A stretch of DNA of 33,006 nucleotides. Source: Candidatus Limnocylindria bacterium (GTDB lineage Bacteria > Chloroflexota > Limnocylindria > QHBO01). Position 1 is the first letter of the stretch; each line of letters opens with the position of its first letter. Positions 15,601 through 25,664 of the stretch are shown in pieces. Made by a program: the position numbers and the translations under genes. Under the pieces are notes generated by a model. That model was given only the letters and a program-made list of their open reading frames with translations, was not told where the DNA came from and did no database searches. The stretch covers positions 1-33,006 of the forward strand of contig JBDSIN010000184.1 in the NCBI GenBank assembly GCA_039917955.1, read 5' to 3'.

Positions 15601-16953
15601 ATGTCCGTGATCGCCGTGGTCGGCGCCCAATGGGGCGACGAGGGGAAGGGGCGGGTCGTTGACTACCTGGCGACCGACGCCGACCTGGTGGTCCGCTACG
15701 GGGGCGGCAACAACGCAGGGCACACCGTGGTCAACCGACATGGCCACTTCAAGCTGCATCTGATCCCGTCGGGGATCTTCTATCCGGAGACGCGCAATCT
15801 TCTTGGCAACGGGGTGGTGATTCACCCACCGGCGCTGGTCCGCGAACTCGATGGGCTGGCAACGGCAGGATTCGACTGCGCCAATCTGTTCATCAGCGAT
15901 CGCGCGCACCTGGTGATGCCCTACCACATCCTGCTCGACCAGCTGGAGGAGCGCGAGCGCGGCTCGGCGAAACTCGGCACGACGAGCAGGGGTATCGGGC
16001 CCGCCTACGTGGACAAGGTCGCACGCCGCGGGATCCGGGTGATCGACCTGATGGAGCCCGATCTGTTCAGTGAGCGGCTGTCGGTCGCCCTGCGTCGGGT
16101 GAAGCGAATCGTGTCGGGCTACTTCGCCGCCGGCGGCGAGGCGGACGAGATGCGCGAGGCGATCGACGAGGCCACCGACGAGGAGCGGATCGCGGCTGAC
16201 TACCTCGCGGCCGGAGAGCGACTGGCGGACCACGTCGTGGACGGGCACGCGATGGTCGACTCGGCGCTGCTCGCCGGACAGCGGATCCTGCTGGAGGGGC
16301 AGCTCGGCACGATGCGCGACATCGACTGGGGGATCTACCCGTACGTGACCAGCTCGAACCCGATCCCCGGCGGCGCGTCGATCGGCGCCGGGCTGCCGGC
16401 GGTGGCGATCGACCAGGTCCTGGGCGTGGCCAAGGCCTACACCACCGCGGTCGGCGCCGGCCCGTTGCCGACCGAGCTGCTCGACCCCGACGGCGAGCTG
16501 CTGCGAGAGCGGGGCGCAGAGTACGGAACCTCCACCGGCCGTCCGCGGCGCTGCGGCTGGTACGACGCCGTCGCCGTCAGCTTCAGCGTCCGGCTGGCCG
16601 GCTACTCGAGCATCGCGCTCACCAAGCTCGACGTGCTCGACGGCTTCGAGCGGCTACAGGTCTGCGTCGCCTACCGGGACCCGGCGACCGGGGCCGAATG
16701 GCGAACCGTGCCGGCGTCGACATCGGTCTACGAACGGCTCGAGCCGATCTATGAAGGGCATCCCGGCTGGCAGACCGATACGACGGGCTGCCGCGCCTGG
16801 GACGACCTGCCGCCGGCGGCGCGCGCCTATGTCGATCGGCTGGAGGAGCTGGCGGGCACACGCATCTCGCTGGTGAGCGTTGGCCCGGAGCGCGACCAGA
16901 TGATCGTGCGGAAGCCGCGCGTAACGAGCGGGGCGACCGCCCTCGCGTTGTGA
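15601..16953 (+). CDS. purA: Adenylosuccinate synthetase
   Basis: GAQWGDEGKG, GGNNAGHT, GIGPAYVDK, YPYVTSS, TGRPRRCGW and TKLDVL motifs. Confidence 0.97.
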   Translation: MSVIAVVGAQWGDEGKGRVVDYLATDADLVVRYGGGNNAGHTVVNRHGHFKLHLIPSGIFYPETRNLLGNGVVIHPPALVRELDGLATAGFDCANLFISDRAHLVMPYHILLDQLEERERGSAKLGTTSRGIGPAYVDKVARRGIRVIDLMEPDLFSERLSVALRRVKRIVSGYFAAGGEADEMREAIDEATDEERIAADYLAAGERLADHVVDGHAMVDSALLAGQRILLEGQLGTMRDIDWGIYPYVTSSNPIPGGASIGAGLPAVAIDQVLGVAKAYTTAVGAGPLPTELLDPDGELLRERGAEYGTSTGRPRRCGWYDAVAVSFSVRLAGYSSIALTKLDVLDGFERLQVCVAYRDPATGAEWRTVPASTSVYERLEPIYEGHPGWQTDTTGCRAWDDLPPAARAYVDRLEELAGTRISLVSVGPERDQMIVRKPRVTSGATALAL

Positions 16954-17510
16954 AGCGTCCGGGCATGCAACGAGCCGCGGCCCTGGTCGGCGGCCTGGCG
17001 ATCGTGCTCGCGGCGTGTGCCACACCCACGGGCTCCCGTGGCGGACTTGAGCGGTGGGACCGCGACGGCATGCGGTTCGATGTTCCGGCCGGGTGGGGAT
17101 TGCTCGCCTCGACGGCCGCGGCCTCGGGCGGCTCGCGGCGCCTCCTCTACCTGGCCACCCAGTTGCTGCGCGACGACTGCACGGCGGGCGCCTACGCACA
17201 GAGCTGCCGCCTGCCGATCGACGAATTAGAGACCGGCGGCGTACTGCTGTGGTGGCACACCACCAGTTGTGCCGGCCCGGCCTGCTCCCTCCCGGACGGG
17301 GATCTCACGCAGATCGGCGGCCGTGCCGCGACCGCTGTTCCGCCCGCCGACGGCTGCGGGCAGATCGGCCAGACCGATGCCTCTGCCTACCTTGTCGCGG
17401 TCACGCCTCAACGGCTCGATACGATCGTGGTCTGCTCACGTGACGCGTCGGCGGTCACGCTCGACACGCTGCGAGCATTCCTCGACGCCGTGGAGTGGCG
17501 TACGCCGTAG
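16950..17510 (+). CDS. Hypothetical Cys-rich lipoprotein
   Basis: Signal peptide with lipobox LAAC and six further Cys. GTGA overlap with the purA stop. Confidence 0.7.
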   Translation: MKRPGMQRAAALVGGLAIVLAACATPTGSRGGLERWDRDGMRFDVPAGWGLLASTAAASGGSRRLLYLATQLLRDDCTAGAYAQSCRLPIDELETGGVLLWWHTTSCAGPACSLPDGDLTQIGGRAATAVPPADGCGQIGQTDASAYLVAVTPQRLDTIVVCSRDASAVTLDTLRAFLDAVEWRTP

Positions 17511-17592
17511 TTTGTCGGTCGCGCGGCCGCAGCCCGCGTGGGTCGGGCGCCCAGAGTCCGTATACTTCGCGGACAGTCAGCGGAGGCGCTCG

Positions 17593-18759
17593 TTGATCGA
17601 CCCATCCACCCTGCTCCCCGACGCCGTTTCGACGCGACTGCGTCGCGCCTACGGATTCGAGGAGGTGGCGCTGGTTCCCGGCGCGGTGACCGTCGACCCC
17701 GCCGAGGTGGAGCTGGCCACCGAGATCGCGGGGCACCGCCTGGAGATCCCGTTCATCGCGGCGGCCATGGACGCCGTCGCGGACCCGGACTTCGCGGTCC
17801 GCATGAGCCGCCACGGCGGTCTGGCCTTCATCAATCTCGAGGGGCTCTACACCCGCTACGAGGACGCCTCGCCGATCATCGAGCGCGTTGCCGCTGCCAC
17901 GTCGGGTGCGGAGGCGGCATCGGTCCTGGCCGAAGCGTATGCGGCCCCCGTGCGCGCCGACCTGATCCGCTCGCTGATCGCACGGGTCAAGGCGCAGGGC
18001 GGGATCGCCGCCGTATCCACCACGCCCGCATCGGCCTGGGAGCACGCGGAGATTGCAGCTGAAGCCGGCGCCGACCTCCTGCTGGTCCAGTCGCAGGTCT
18101 CCAGCGCCCGCCACATCTCAACCTCCGGCCGTGTCCTCTCGCTCGCCGATCTGACCGGGGCGCTCCAGATGCCGGTCCTGGTCGGCAACACGGTGAGCGG
18201 CGAGGCCGCCTACCAGCTGATGGAGCAGGGGGCCGCGGCCGTGCTGGTGGGGGTCGGCCCGGGTGCAGCGTGCACCACGCGAGAGGTGCTGGGGATCGGC
18301 GTACCGCAGGTAAGCGCAACCCTGGACGTGGCAGCGGCCCGCGACCGGTTCGCACGAGACACTGGCCGGTACGTGCCGGTCATCACCGACGGCGGCATGA
18401 AGACCGGGGGCGACATCGCCAAGGCGATCGCCAGCGGGGCCGATGCGGTGATGCTCGGGTCCCCGTTCGCCGCCGCGACGGAGGCGCCGGGGCGCGGCTT
18501 CAACTGGGGGATGGCGGCGCCGTCGCCGACGCTGCCACGCGGCACGCGCATCAGGATCGGTGAACGCCTGCCGCTGGAACAGATCCTGTTCGGCCCCGCG
18601 CATACCAGCCACGGCACCCAGAACCTGGTCGGTGCGCTGCGTCAGTCGATGGCCGCGCTCGGCGCGCGGACGATCGCCGAGATGCATGCGGTCGAGATGG
18701 TGATCGCCCCGTCGATCGCCACCGAGGGCAAGTCCTGGCAGCTCTCCGGCAAGGAATAG
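17593..18759 (+). CDS. guaB3: GuaB3-family IMP dehydrogenase (no CBS pair)
   Basis: YGFEEVALVP, AAMD, NLEGLYTRYED, GVGPGAACTTREVLGIGVPQ (catalytic Cys), DGG, WGMA and LPRGTRI. TTG at 17593 with GGAGG SD; TATACT at 17561-17566. Confidence 0.9.
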   Translation: MIDPSTLLPDAVSTRLRRAYGFEEVALVPGAVTVDPAEVELATEIAGHRLEIPFIAAAMDAVADPDFAVRMSRHGGLAFINLEGLYTRYEDASPIIERVAAATSGAEAASVLAEAYAAPVRADLIRSLIARVKAQGGIAAVSTTPASAWEHAEIAAEAGADLLLVQSQVSSARHISTSGRVLSLADLTGALQMPVLVGNTVSGEAAYQLMEQGAAAVLVGVGPGAACTTREVLGIGVPQVSATLDVAAARDRFARDTGRYVPVITDGGMKTGGDIAKAIASGADAVMLGSPFAAATEAPGRGFNWGMAAPSPTLPRGTRIRIGERLPLEQILFGPAHTSHGTQNLVGALRQSMAALGARTIAEMHAVEMVIAPSIATEGKSWQLSGKE

Positions 18760-18764
18760 ACGGA

Positions 18765-19166
18765 TTGAAGACCCACCGTGCCGCGCACGAGGCGCCCGCG
18801 CCGGCCGGCGAGGAGCATTTCAGCGGACCGGTCTGGATGTCGACCATCTTCACCGCCGACGGGCCGGGCGAGATGAACTCGCATCGCGTCACCTTTGGAC
18901 CGGGTGCCAGGACCCATTGGCACTCCCATCCCGATGGGCAGGCTCTGATCGTGACCGATGGTCGGGGAAGGACCCAGGTCGAGGATGGCGCGGTTAGTTC
19001 CTTCGCAGCCGGTGACGCGATCTACCTCCCGTCCGGCGTTCGACACTGGCATGGCGCCGATCCCGACTCGTCGATGACGCATGTCTCGGTAACGGGCGAG
19101 GGCGGCACGCTGTGGGACGGACCGCCAGTCGCCGATGCCGAGTATCACGAGACGCGCCGGGAATGA
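18765..19166 (+). CDS. Cupin domain protein
   Basis: [21 protein letters not shown] and GD....[10 protein letters not shown] metal-binding cupin motifs. Confidence 0.88.
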   Translation: MKTHRAAHEAPAPAGEEHFSGPVWMSTIFTADGPGEMNSHRVTFGPGARTHWHSHPDGQALIVTDGRGRTQVEDGAVSSFAAGDAIYLPSGVRHWHGADPDSSMTHVSVTGEGGTLWDGPPVADAEYHETRRE

Positions 19167-20842
19167 CTCGCGGACGCACGGTCCACGGCGAGCCGGCCAA
19201 CGCCGGTCACCGCGTTCTTGCCCCCGACGATGCCGAGGTCGAGGCCTACCTCGAGCAGGCGCTCCATGCCCCACCGCCCGACCGCGCGGACGCAGCCCCC
19301 GTTGAGCCCGATACGGTCATCATCCTCGACTTCGGCAGCCAGTTCGCGCAGCTGATCGCGCGGCGCGTGCGCGAGCTGAACATCTACTCGGAGCTCCTCC
19401 CCCACGACACACCGTGGGCGGAGATTCAGCGGCGTCGGCCAAAGGCGATCATCCTGTCGGGGGGGCCGGCATCGGTCTATGACGAAGGTGCCCCGCTGGC
19501 CGACCCGGCCATCTGGGCGGGAGGCATCCCGGTGCTGGGGATCTGCTATGGGCTTCAGCTGATGGCCCACCAGCTCGGCGGGGAGGTGGTGGCGAGCGCC
19601 AAGCGCGAGTACGGTCCGGCCTCGATCGAGATCACCTCCACCGAGGGCCTCTTCCGCGGGATGGATCGGCACCAGCCGGTCTGGATGAGCCACGGCGATG
19701 CGATTCTCCGCGCGCCTGCCGGCTTCACAGCCACCGCGCAGAGCGAATCGACGGCCTATGCGGGCCTCGCCGATCCATCGCGCAACCTGTACGGCATCCA
19801 GTTCCATCCCGAAGTCGTCCACACCCCCGGCGGTCGTGACCTGCTGCGCAACTTCCTCGTCGAGATGTCCGGGGTCAGCCCCACCTGGACGCCGGCCAAT
19901 TTCGTGGAGACCGCGATCGCCGCCATCCGAACGCGGGTCGGGGATGGGAAGGTCATCTGCGCACTGTCGGGCGGCGTCGATTCGGCCGTGGCGGCGCGCC
20001 TGGTGCATCGGGCGATCGGCGACCAGCTGACCTGCATTTATGTCGACCACGGGCTGATGCGCAAGCGCGAGTCGGAGCTGCTGCGCGCCACCTTCGCCGA
20101 GACTCTGGGCATGCGCCTGGTGATGGTGGATGCACGGGACCGATTCCTCGCCCGCCTGGCGGGCGTCGAGGACCCGGAGGAGAAGCGTCGCATCATCGGG
20201 GACGAATTCATCCGGGTCTTCGAGGAAGAGGCCGCCGGCCTCGGCCAGATCGATTTCCTGACGCAGGGCACGCTGTACCCCGACGTCATCGAGTCGAAGA
20301 CGTCGGAGACGAAGGCCGCGGCCAAGATCAAGACCCACCACAACGTGGGTGGGCTGCCGGCAGACCTGCGCTTCAGCCTGATCGAGCCGTTGCGCTACCT
20401 GTTCAAGGACGAGGTGCGCCGGGTCGGCACCGAGCTCGGCCTGCCCGACGCGATCGTCCTGCGCCAGCCGTTTCCGGGGCCAGGGCTCGCCATCCGGATC
20501 ATCGGCGCGGTGACGGCCGAGCGGCTCGACACCCTGCGCGAGGCGGACTGGATCGTGATCGACGAGATCAAGTCAGCGGGGCTGTATCGGTCCCTGTGGC
20601 AGTCATTCGCGATCCTGACCCCGGTGCGGTCGGTGGGCGTCATGGGCGACGGCCGGACCTACGCCAACGTGGTCGCGGTGCGTGCGGTGACAAGTGACGA
20701 TGGAATGACCGCCGACTGGGCGCGGCTGCCGTACGAGCTGCTGGCGAAGATCAGCAGCCGCATCGTCAACGAGGTGCCCGGCGTCAATCGCGTCGTGTAC
20801 GACATCAGCAGCAAACCCCCCGCCACCATCGAGTGGGAGTGA
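19163..20842 (+). CDS. guaA: GMP synthase (glutamine-hydrolysing)
   Basis: [46 protein letters not shown] and [13 protein letters not shown] overlap with the cupin gene. Confidence 0.98.
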   Translation: MTRGRTVHGEPANAGHRVLAPDDAEVEAYLEQALHAPPPDRADAAPVEPDTVIILDFGSQFAQLIARRVRELNIYSELLPHDTPWAEIQRRRPKAIILSGGPASVYDEGAPLADPAIWAGGIPVLGICYGLQLMAHQLGGEVVASAKREYGPASIEITSTEGLFRGMDRHQPVWMSHGDAILRAPAGFTATAQSESTAYAGLADPSRNLYGIQFHPEVVHTPGGRDLLRNFLVEMSGVSPTWTPANFVETAIAAIRTRVGDGKVICALSGGVDSAVAARLVHRAIGDQLTCIYVDHGLMRKRESELLRATFAETLGMRLVMVDARDRFLARLAGVEDPEEKRRIIGDEFIRVFEEEAAGLGQIDFLTQGTLYPDVIESKTSETKAAAKIKTHHNVGGLPADLRFSLIEPLRYLFKDEVRRVGTELGLPDAIVLRQPFPGPGLAIRIIGAVTAERLDTLREADWIVIDEIKSAGLYRSLWQSFAILTPVRSVGVMGDGRTYANVVAVRAVTSDDGMTADWARLPYELLAKISSRIVNEVPGVNRVVYDISSKPPATIEWE

Positions 20843-20897
20843 GGCGCCGCGGAGCCAGTGTCGGCCGATTCGCCTGATCCCCGCTAGGATGGGTGTC

Positions 20898-23840
20898 ATG
20901 TCAAGTTGGTTCGACAAGCTCCTCGAGGATCTCCAGCGTCGCCAGGCGGAGCAGGACGCACGCCGCGAAGGTCGCCCGTTCGGTGGCCCGCGGCCGACCA
21001 ACGGGAGCGGCAACGGGGCGCCGGACGGTGGTTCGGGGGACGGAGACGAGCCACCAGTGCGCCCGGGCCGGCCACGGGTCCTCAGGCCCGACGGGCGCTC
21101 GCCGCAGCCGCGCTGGGGCCTGCTGATCGGGATCGGGCTGGCCGCGTTCATCCTGTTCGGCGTGCTCGGCGGACTGGTCGAGCTGATCACCGACCTGATG
21201 TGGTACTCGGCGCTTGGCCGGACCAACGTCTTGACCACCCGGATCTGGGCGCAGGCGATCCTGTTCGCGCTCGGGACGGTCGCCTTCGTGCTGCCGGCGC
21301 TCCTGAGCGTCTGGCTCGCCCGACGGATCGCCCCGCAGGTTCCGGTGCGGCGGCTGAGCGTCCTGGAGCTGCCCGACGCGAGTCGGGCCATCACCATCGG
21401 GATCGCCGTGGCGGCGGTGCTGCTTGCCCTCGTCTCGGGGGCCGCGTGGGCCTCGAACTGGCAGACGACCCTGCTCTTCGTCAACGGCGGCGAGTTCGGA
21501 ACGGTGGATCCGAACCTCAACCGCGACATCGGCTTCTTCATCTTCGACCTGCCCTTCTGGCGCTTCGTTCAGGGTTGGGGCGTCACCTCGCTGGTGGTGA
21601 TCCTGCTGCTCAGCCTCGGGACGTATGCCGCCGGCGCGCTGCGCTGGGAGCTGCGCCTGACCGCACCGGTACGCGCGCACCTTTCGACGCTGGGCGCGCT
21701 GCTGCTGCTGGTGATCGCGGCCGGCTACCAGCTCGACATCGCCGAGCTGCCGTTCTCGACTCGCGGCATCGGCGGCACGATGCAGGCTGCCAGCTACACC
21801 GATATGCACGCCCAGCTGCCCGCCTTCGTGATCCTGACCTTCGCGGCGCTGGCGGCGGCGGCGCTGCTGCTGGCCAACATCTGGTTCAAGACGCTGTGGG
21901 CCATCACGCTTGCGGCCGGCGCCTGGATCGGCATCTCGGTGCTGGTCGGCGGCGTCTACCCCGGCATCGTGCAGCGCTTCAGCGTCGAGCCGAACGAGCT
22001 CGCCCTCGAGCGTCAGTACATCGCGCGACATATCGACTCGACCCGGGCGGCCTATGGCCTCGACGCGATCGACGTTCGGCCGTTCACCGGCGAGCAGTCC
22101 CTCTCGCGGGCGCTGGTCAACGAGAACCAGGCGACGCTCGACAACATGCGCCTGTGGGACTACCGCCCGCTGCTGGTCACCATGGGCCAGCAGCAGATCC
22201 TGCGCCAGTACTACCAGTTCCTCGACGTGGACATCGACCGCTATGCGGTCGATGGCGAGCAGCGGCAGATCATGCTGAGTGCCCGGGAGATCGGCGTGCT
22301 GCCGCAGAACGCGCAAACCTGGACCAACGAGCGACTTGTATTCACGCACGGCTACGGGATCACCGCTGTACCGGTCAACGGCGTGACGCCCGAGGGGCAG
22401 CCCGACTACCTGGTGAGCGGCATCAACCGTGAACCGGAGCTGCCAGTGGGGGAACCGCGCCTCTACTTCGGCGAGTCGGCGTCCTCGTACGTGGTGGTCT
22501 CCACCCGTACCGATGAGTTCGACTACCCGCTCGGCGACGAGGGCGGCGAGACGACCACCTGGAACGGCAGCACCGGGGTGAGCGTCGGCAACCCGTTCAG
22601 CCGCCTCCTCTTCGCGCTGCGCTTTGGCGATCTCAACCTGATGATCAGCAACCAGCTGACCGACAGCTCGCAGATCCTCTTCCACCGCCAGATCGGCGAG
22701 CGGGTCGGCGAGATCGCCCCGTTCCTGGCGTACGACCGCGATCCGTATCTCGTCACGACCGACGAGCGGGTGTATTGGATGTGGGACGCCTACACCGTCA
22801 GTGACCGATACCCGAATGCCCAGCCGCTGACCGACATCTTCCCGGGCGCCAACTACGTCCGTAACAGCGTGAAGGTCGTGATCGACGCCTACGACGGCTC
22901 GGTGCGCTTCTTCATCGCCGACCCGAGCGACCCGATCGTGAACGCCTACGCGGCCATCTTCCCCGGTCTGCTCGAACCGCTCGACGCGATGCCGGAGGCG
23001 CTCCGCGCCCACCTGCGCTACCCCGAAGACCTGTTCACCGCGCAGAACGAGGCGTACCTGCTCTACCACGTGTCGGCCGACGAGCAGGGCGCCGGCACCT
23101 TCTACAACCAGGAGGACCGCTGGTCGTTCCCGTCGCAGCAGACCGAGGTCGACGATGCCGGGCGGATCGTCGAGCCGTACTACGTGATCATGAAGCTCCC
23201 CGGGGAGGAGGATGCCGAGTTCGTCCTGATCCAACCGCTGGTCGCCGCGTCCCGACCGAACATGATCAGCTGGGTGGCGGCGCGGATGGACCCGGGGCAC
23301 TACGGCGAGCGGATCAGCTTCCGCTTCCCGAGTGACTCGACCACGCTCGGTCCGGCCCAGATCCAGGCGCGCATCAACCAGGACTCGACCATCAGCGCGC
23401 AGTTCACCCTCTGGTCGCGCGCGGGCTCGAGCGTGGTCCGCGGCGACCTGCTGGTGCTGCCGATGGGCGACTCGATCCTCTACGTCGAACCGATCTTCCT
23501 GCGCTCCACCGAGTCCTCGTTCCCCGAGTTCAAGCGGGTGATCCTGGCCAGCCAGAACAAGCTCGCCTTCGCCGAGACGGTCGAGGAAGGGATCCGCCAG
23601 CTGCTCGGAGAATCGGTGATCCCGCCGATCGACCCGGGTAACGGGGGTGAGCTGCCAGGTGACATCGCCGCGCTCGTCGCCCGCGCGTCCGAGCTGTATG
23701 ACCAGGCGCAGGCTGCGCTGCTGGCGGGCAACCTCGGCACCTACCAGGCGCGAATCGATGAACTGGCGCGGGTGATCGATCGGCTCGGGGAGCTGACCGG
23801 TACGCCGCTGCCGTCCCCGAGCGCCTCTCCGGGAGGATAG
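20898..23840 (+). CDS. UPF0182 family membrane protein
   Basis: DIGFFIFDLPF, ASYTD, VEPNE, RLWD, DIDRY, FTHGYG, YVRNSVKVVIDAYDG, RYPEDLF, EPYY and LYVEP motifs. The start could be 20889 or 20898. Confidence 0.93.
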   Translation: MSSWFDKLLEDLQRRQAEQDARREGRPFGGPRPTNGSGNGAPDGGSGDGDEPPVRPGRPRVLRPDGRSPQPRWGLLIGIGLAAFILFGVLGGLVELITDLMWYSALGRTNVLTTRIWAQAILFALGTVAFVLPALLSVWLARRIAPQVPVRRLSVLELPDASRAITIGIAVAAVLLALVSGAAWASNWQTTLLFVNGGEFGTVDPNLNRDIGFFIFDLPFWRFVQGWGVTSLVVILLLSLGTYAAGALRWELRLTAPVRAHLSTLGALLLLVIAAGYQLDIAELPFSTRGIGGTMQAASYTDMHAQLPAFVILTFAALAAAALLLANIWFKTLWAITLAAGAWIGISVLVGGVYPGIVQRFSVEPNELALERQYIARHIDSTRAAYGLDAIDVRPFTGEQSLSRALVNENQATLDNMRLWDYRPLLVTMGQQQILRQYYQFLDVDIDRYAVDGEQRQIMLSAREIGVLPQNAQTWTNERLVFTHGYGITAVPVNGVTPEGQPDYLVSGINREPELPVGEPRLYFGESASSYVVVSTRTDEFDYPLGDEGGETTTWNGSTGVSVGNPFSRLLFALRFGDLNLMISNQLTDSSQILFHRQIGERVGEIAPFLAYDRDPYLVTTDERVYWMWDAYTVSDRYPNAQPLTDIFPGANYVRNSVKVVIDAYDGSVRFFIADPSDPIVNAYAAIFPGLLEPLDAMPEALRAHLRYPEDLFTAQNEAYLLYHVSADEQGAGTFYNQEDRWSFPSQQTEVDDAGRIVEPYYVIMKLPGEEDAEFVLIQPLVAASRPNMISWVAARMDPGHYGERISFRFPSDSTTLGPAQIQARINQDSTISAQFTLWSRAGSSVVRGDLLVLPMGDSILYVEPIFLRSTESSFPEFKRVILASQNKLAFAETVEEGIRQLLGESVIPPIDPGNGGELPGDIAALVARASELYDQAQAALLAGNLGTYQARIDELARVIDRLGELTGTPLPSPSASPGG

Positions 23841-23848
23841 TCCGCGCG

Positions 23849-25126
23849 GTGGAGATCCTGGTCCTGGGTTCCGGGGCCCGCGAGCACGCACTCGCCTGGC
23901 GTCTCGCCCGCGATGAGGGGGTGCGCCGCGTGCGCATCGCGCCAGGGAACGGCGGAACGGTTGCCGTCGCCGAGGCGATCGCCGACCTTGACATTCTCAA
24001 TCCGGCCGCAGTCGCTCGGCACGCCGGGCGGGAGCGGTACGACCTGGTGGTGATCGGCCCCGAGGCGCCGCTTGCGGCGGGCGTTGCCGACGCGCTGGCG
24101 ACGGCCGGGATCCCGGCATTCGGGCCAACCCGCGCCGCGGCTCGCCTGGAATCGAGCAAGGTGTATGCCAAGGAGCAGTTGCGCCGGGCCGGGGTGCCGA
24201 CCGCGGCGGCGGCGACCTTCGATGAGCCCGAGGCTGCCGTGGCGTGGATGCGCGCGCAGGCCCGGCCGCCCGTGGTCAAGGCCGACTGGCTGGCGGCCGG
24301 CAAGGGGGTGGTGGTGCCGGAGACGCTCGAGGAGGCCGAGGACGCGGTCCGCACCCTTCTCGCGGGCGCGGCGCCGCGCGCGCGCGTTCTCCTGGAGGAG
24401 CGCCTCGAGGGCCGCGAGGTATCGGTCTTCGCGCTGGTGAGCGATGCTGCAGTGCTGCCGCTCGGCGCCGCGTGCGACTATAAGCGGCTGGGCGACGGGG
24501 ACACAGGCCCGAATACCGGCGGGATGGGCGCCTACACGCCGGTTCCGTGGTTCGGTCCTTCCGAGGTTGAGCGCACCGTGGCCGAAGTGTTCGAGCCTAT
24601 CGCCTGGCGGATGGCCCGCGACGGCGCCCCGTATCGCGGGGTCCTCTACGCGGGCCTGATGCTGACCGATGACGGACCGCGGGTATTGGAGTTCAACGCG
24701 CGATTCGGCGACCCCGAGGCACAGGTCCTGCTGCCGATGCTCGACGGCGAGCTCGGCAGCGCGCTGCTGGGCGCGGCGACCGGCGATCGAGGCCGGATGG
24801 AAGGATCGGTGTCGGTGCGCGCCGGCGCGGCGGTGGGCGTGGTGGTCGCCTCGGAGGGCTACCCGGAGGCGCCCGTCACCGACCGGCAGCTGCTCGGGGC
24901 CGAGCCATCCGGCCCGGCCGACGCCGGCCCGGTCCTGTGCTTCCACGCCGCGACACGGGCGACGCCGGGCGGGTACGCATCGAGCGCCGGAAGGGTGGTG
25001 ACGATGGTCGGCCTGGGGGGCGACCTCGCGGAAGCGTGGCAGCGAGCGTACGCCGGAGTGGCGGGTGTGCAGCTTGCGGGCAGCCAGCATCGCACAGACA
25101 TCGCGGAACGGGAGCTTGGCGGATGA
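23849..25126 (+). CDS. purD: Phosphoribosylamine-glycine ligase
   Basis: LGSGAREHAL, IGPEAPL, LESSK, VVKAD.LAAGKGV, GPNTGGMGAY and EFNARFGDPE motifs. Confidence 0.97.
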   Translation: MEILVLGSGAREHALAWRLARDEGVRRVRIAPGNGGTVAVAEAIADLDILNPAAVARHAGRERYDLVVIGPEAPLAAGVADALATAGIPAFGPTRAAARLESSKVYAKEQLRRAGVPTAAAATFDEPEAAVAWMRAQARPPVVKADWLAAGKGVVVPETLEEAEDAVRTLLAGAAPRARVLLEERLEGREVSVFALVSDAAVLPLGAACDYKRLGDGDTGPNTGGMGAYTPVPWFGPSEVERTVAEVFEPIAWRMARDGAPYRGVLYAGLMLTDDGPRVLEFNARFGDPEAQVLLPMLDGELGSALLGAATGDRGRMEGSVSVRAGAAVGVVVASEGYPEAPVTDRQLLGAEPSGPADAGPVLCFHAATRATPGGYASSAGRVVTMVGLGGDLAEAWQRAYAGVAGVQLAGSQHRTDIAERELGG

Positions 25127-25160
25127 AGCAGGCGCCCATCGGGCTATCCTTAGCGGACCG

Positions 25161-25664
25161 ATGACCTCCTCTCCCGTCGTCGCCGTGGTGTGCGGCTCCC
25201 GTTCCGACCTGCCGGTTCTGCGCGGCTGCTTTGACGTGCTCGACCGGTACGGAATCGGCTGGGAGGCGAGTGTCATCAGCGCGCACCGCCAGCCCGACGC
25301 GCTCGGACACTATGTGCGTGACGCGGAGGCCCGCGGAGTGCTGCTCTTCATCGGCGCGGCCGGCCTGGCGGCCCATTTGCCGGGCGTTCTGGCTTCCCAG
25401 ACCGCACGACCGGTGATCGGCGTGCCGCTGGACGGCGGCGCACTCGGTGGCGCCGATGCCCTGTACAGCGTAGTCCAGATGCCCCCGGGAGTCCCGGTTG
25501 CGGCCGTTGCGATCGGCTCGGCAGGAGCGAAGAACGCAGCGCACCTGGCAGCGCGCATCCTGGCGCTCTCCGACCCGAGGCTCGCGGCCGCGGTGGAAGC
25601 ATTCCGAGCCGAGCAGGCCGGCGGCGCAGAGTTGGGCGTCGACCCGCGGGCCGCCGACCGGTGA
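25161..25664 (+). CDS. purE: N5-CAIR mutase (class I PurE)
   Basis: GSRSD, SAHR, AGLAAHLPG, PVIGVP and QMPPGVPVA motifs; ATG at 25161. Confidence 0.96.
   Translation: MTSSPVVAVVCGSRSDLPVLRGCFDVLDRYGIGWEASVISAHRQPDALGHYVRDAEARGVLLFIGAAGLAAHLPGVLASQTARPVIGVPLDGGALGGADALYSVVQMPPGVPVAAVAIGSAGAKNAAHLAARILALSDPRLAAAVEAFRAEQAGGAELGVDPRAADR

Noticed and set aside
15601-16953. PurZ (2-aminoadenine pathway)
   Set aside because: The catalytic Asp in GDEGKG is retained (PurZ has Ser), and the context is housekeeping.
17269-17592. N-terminal extension of GuaB3 in the ORF track
   Set aside because: It overlaps the lipoprotein gene. The -10, SD and TTG at 17561-17595 define the more plausible start.
20901-23891. 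996-aa minus-strand ORF and the many other long antisense or alternate-frame ORFs
   Set aside because: These are shadows of well-supported genes in high-GC DNA, Arg/Gly/Pro-rich with no family motifs.
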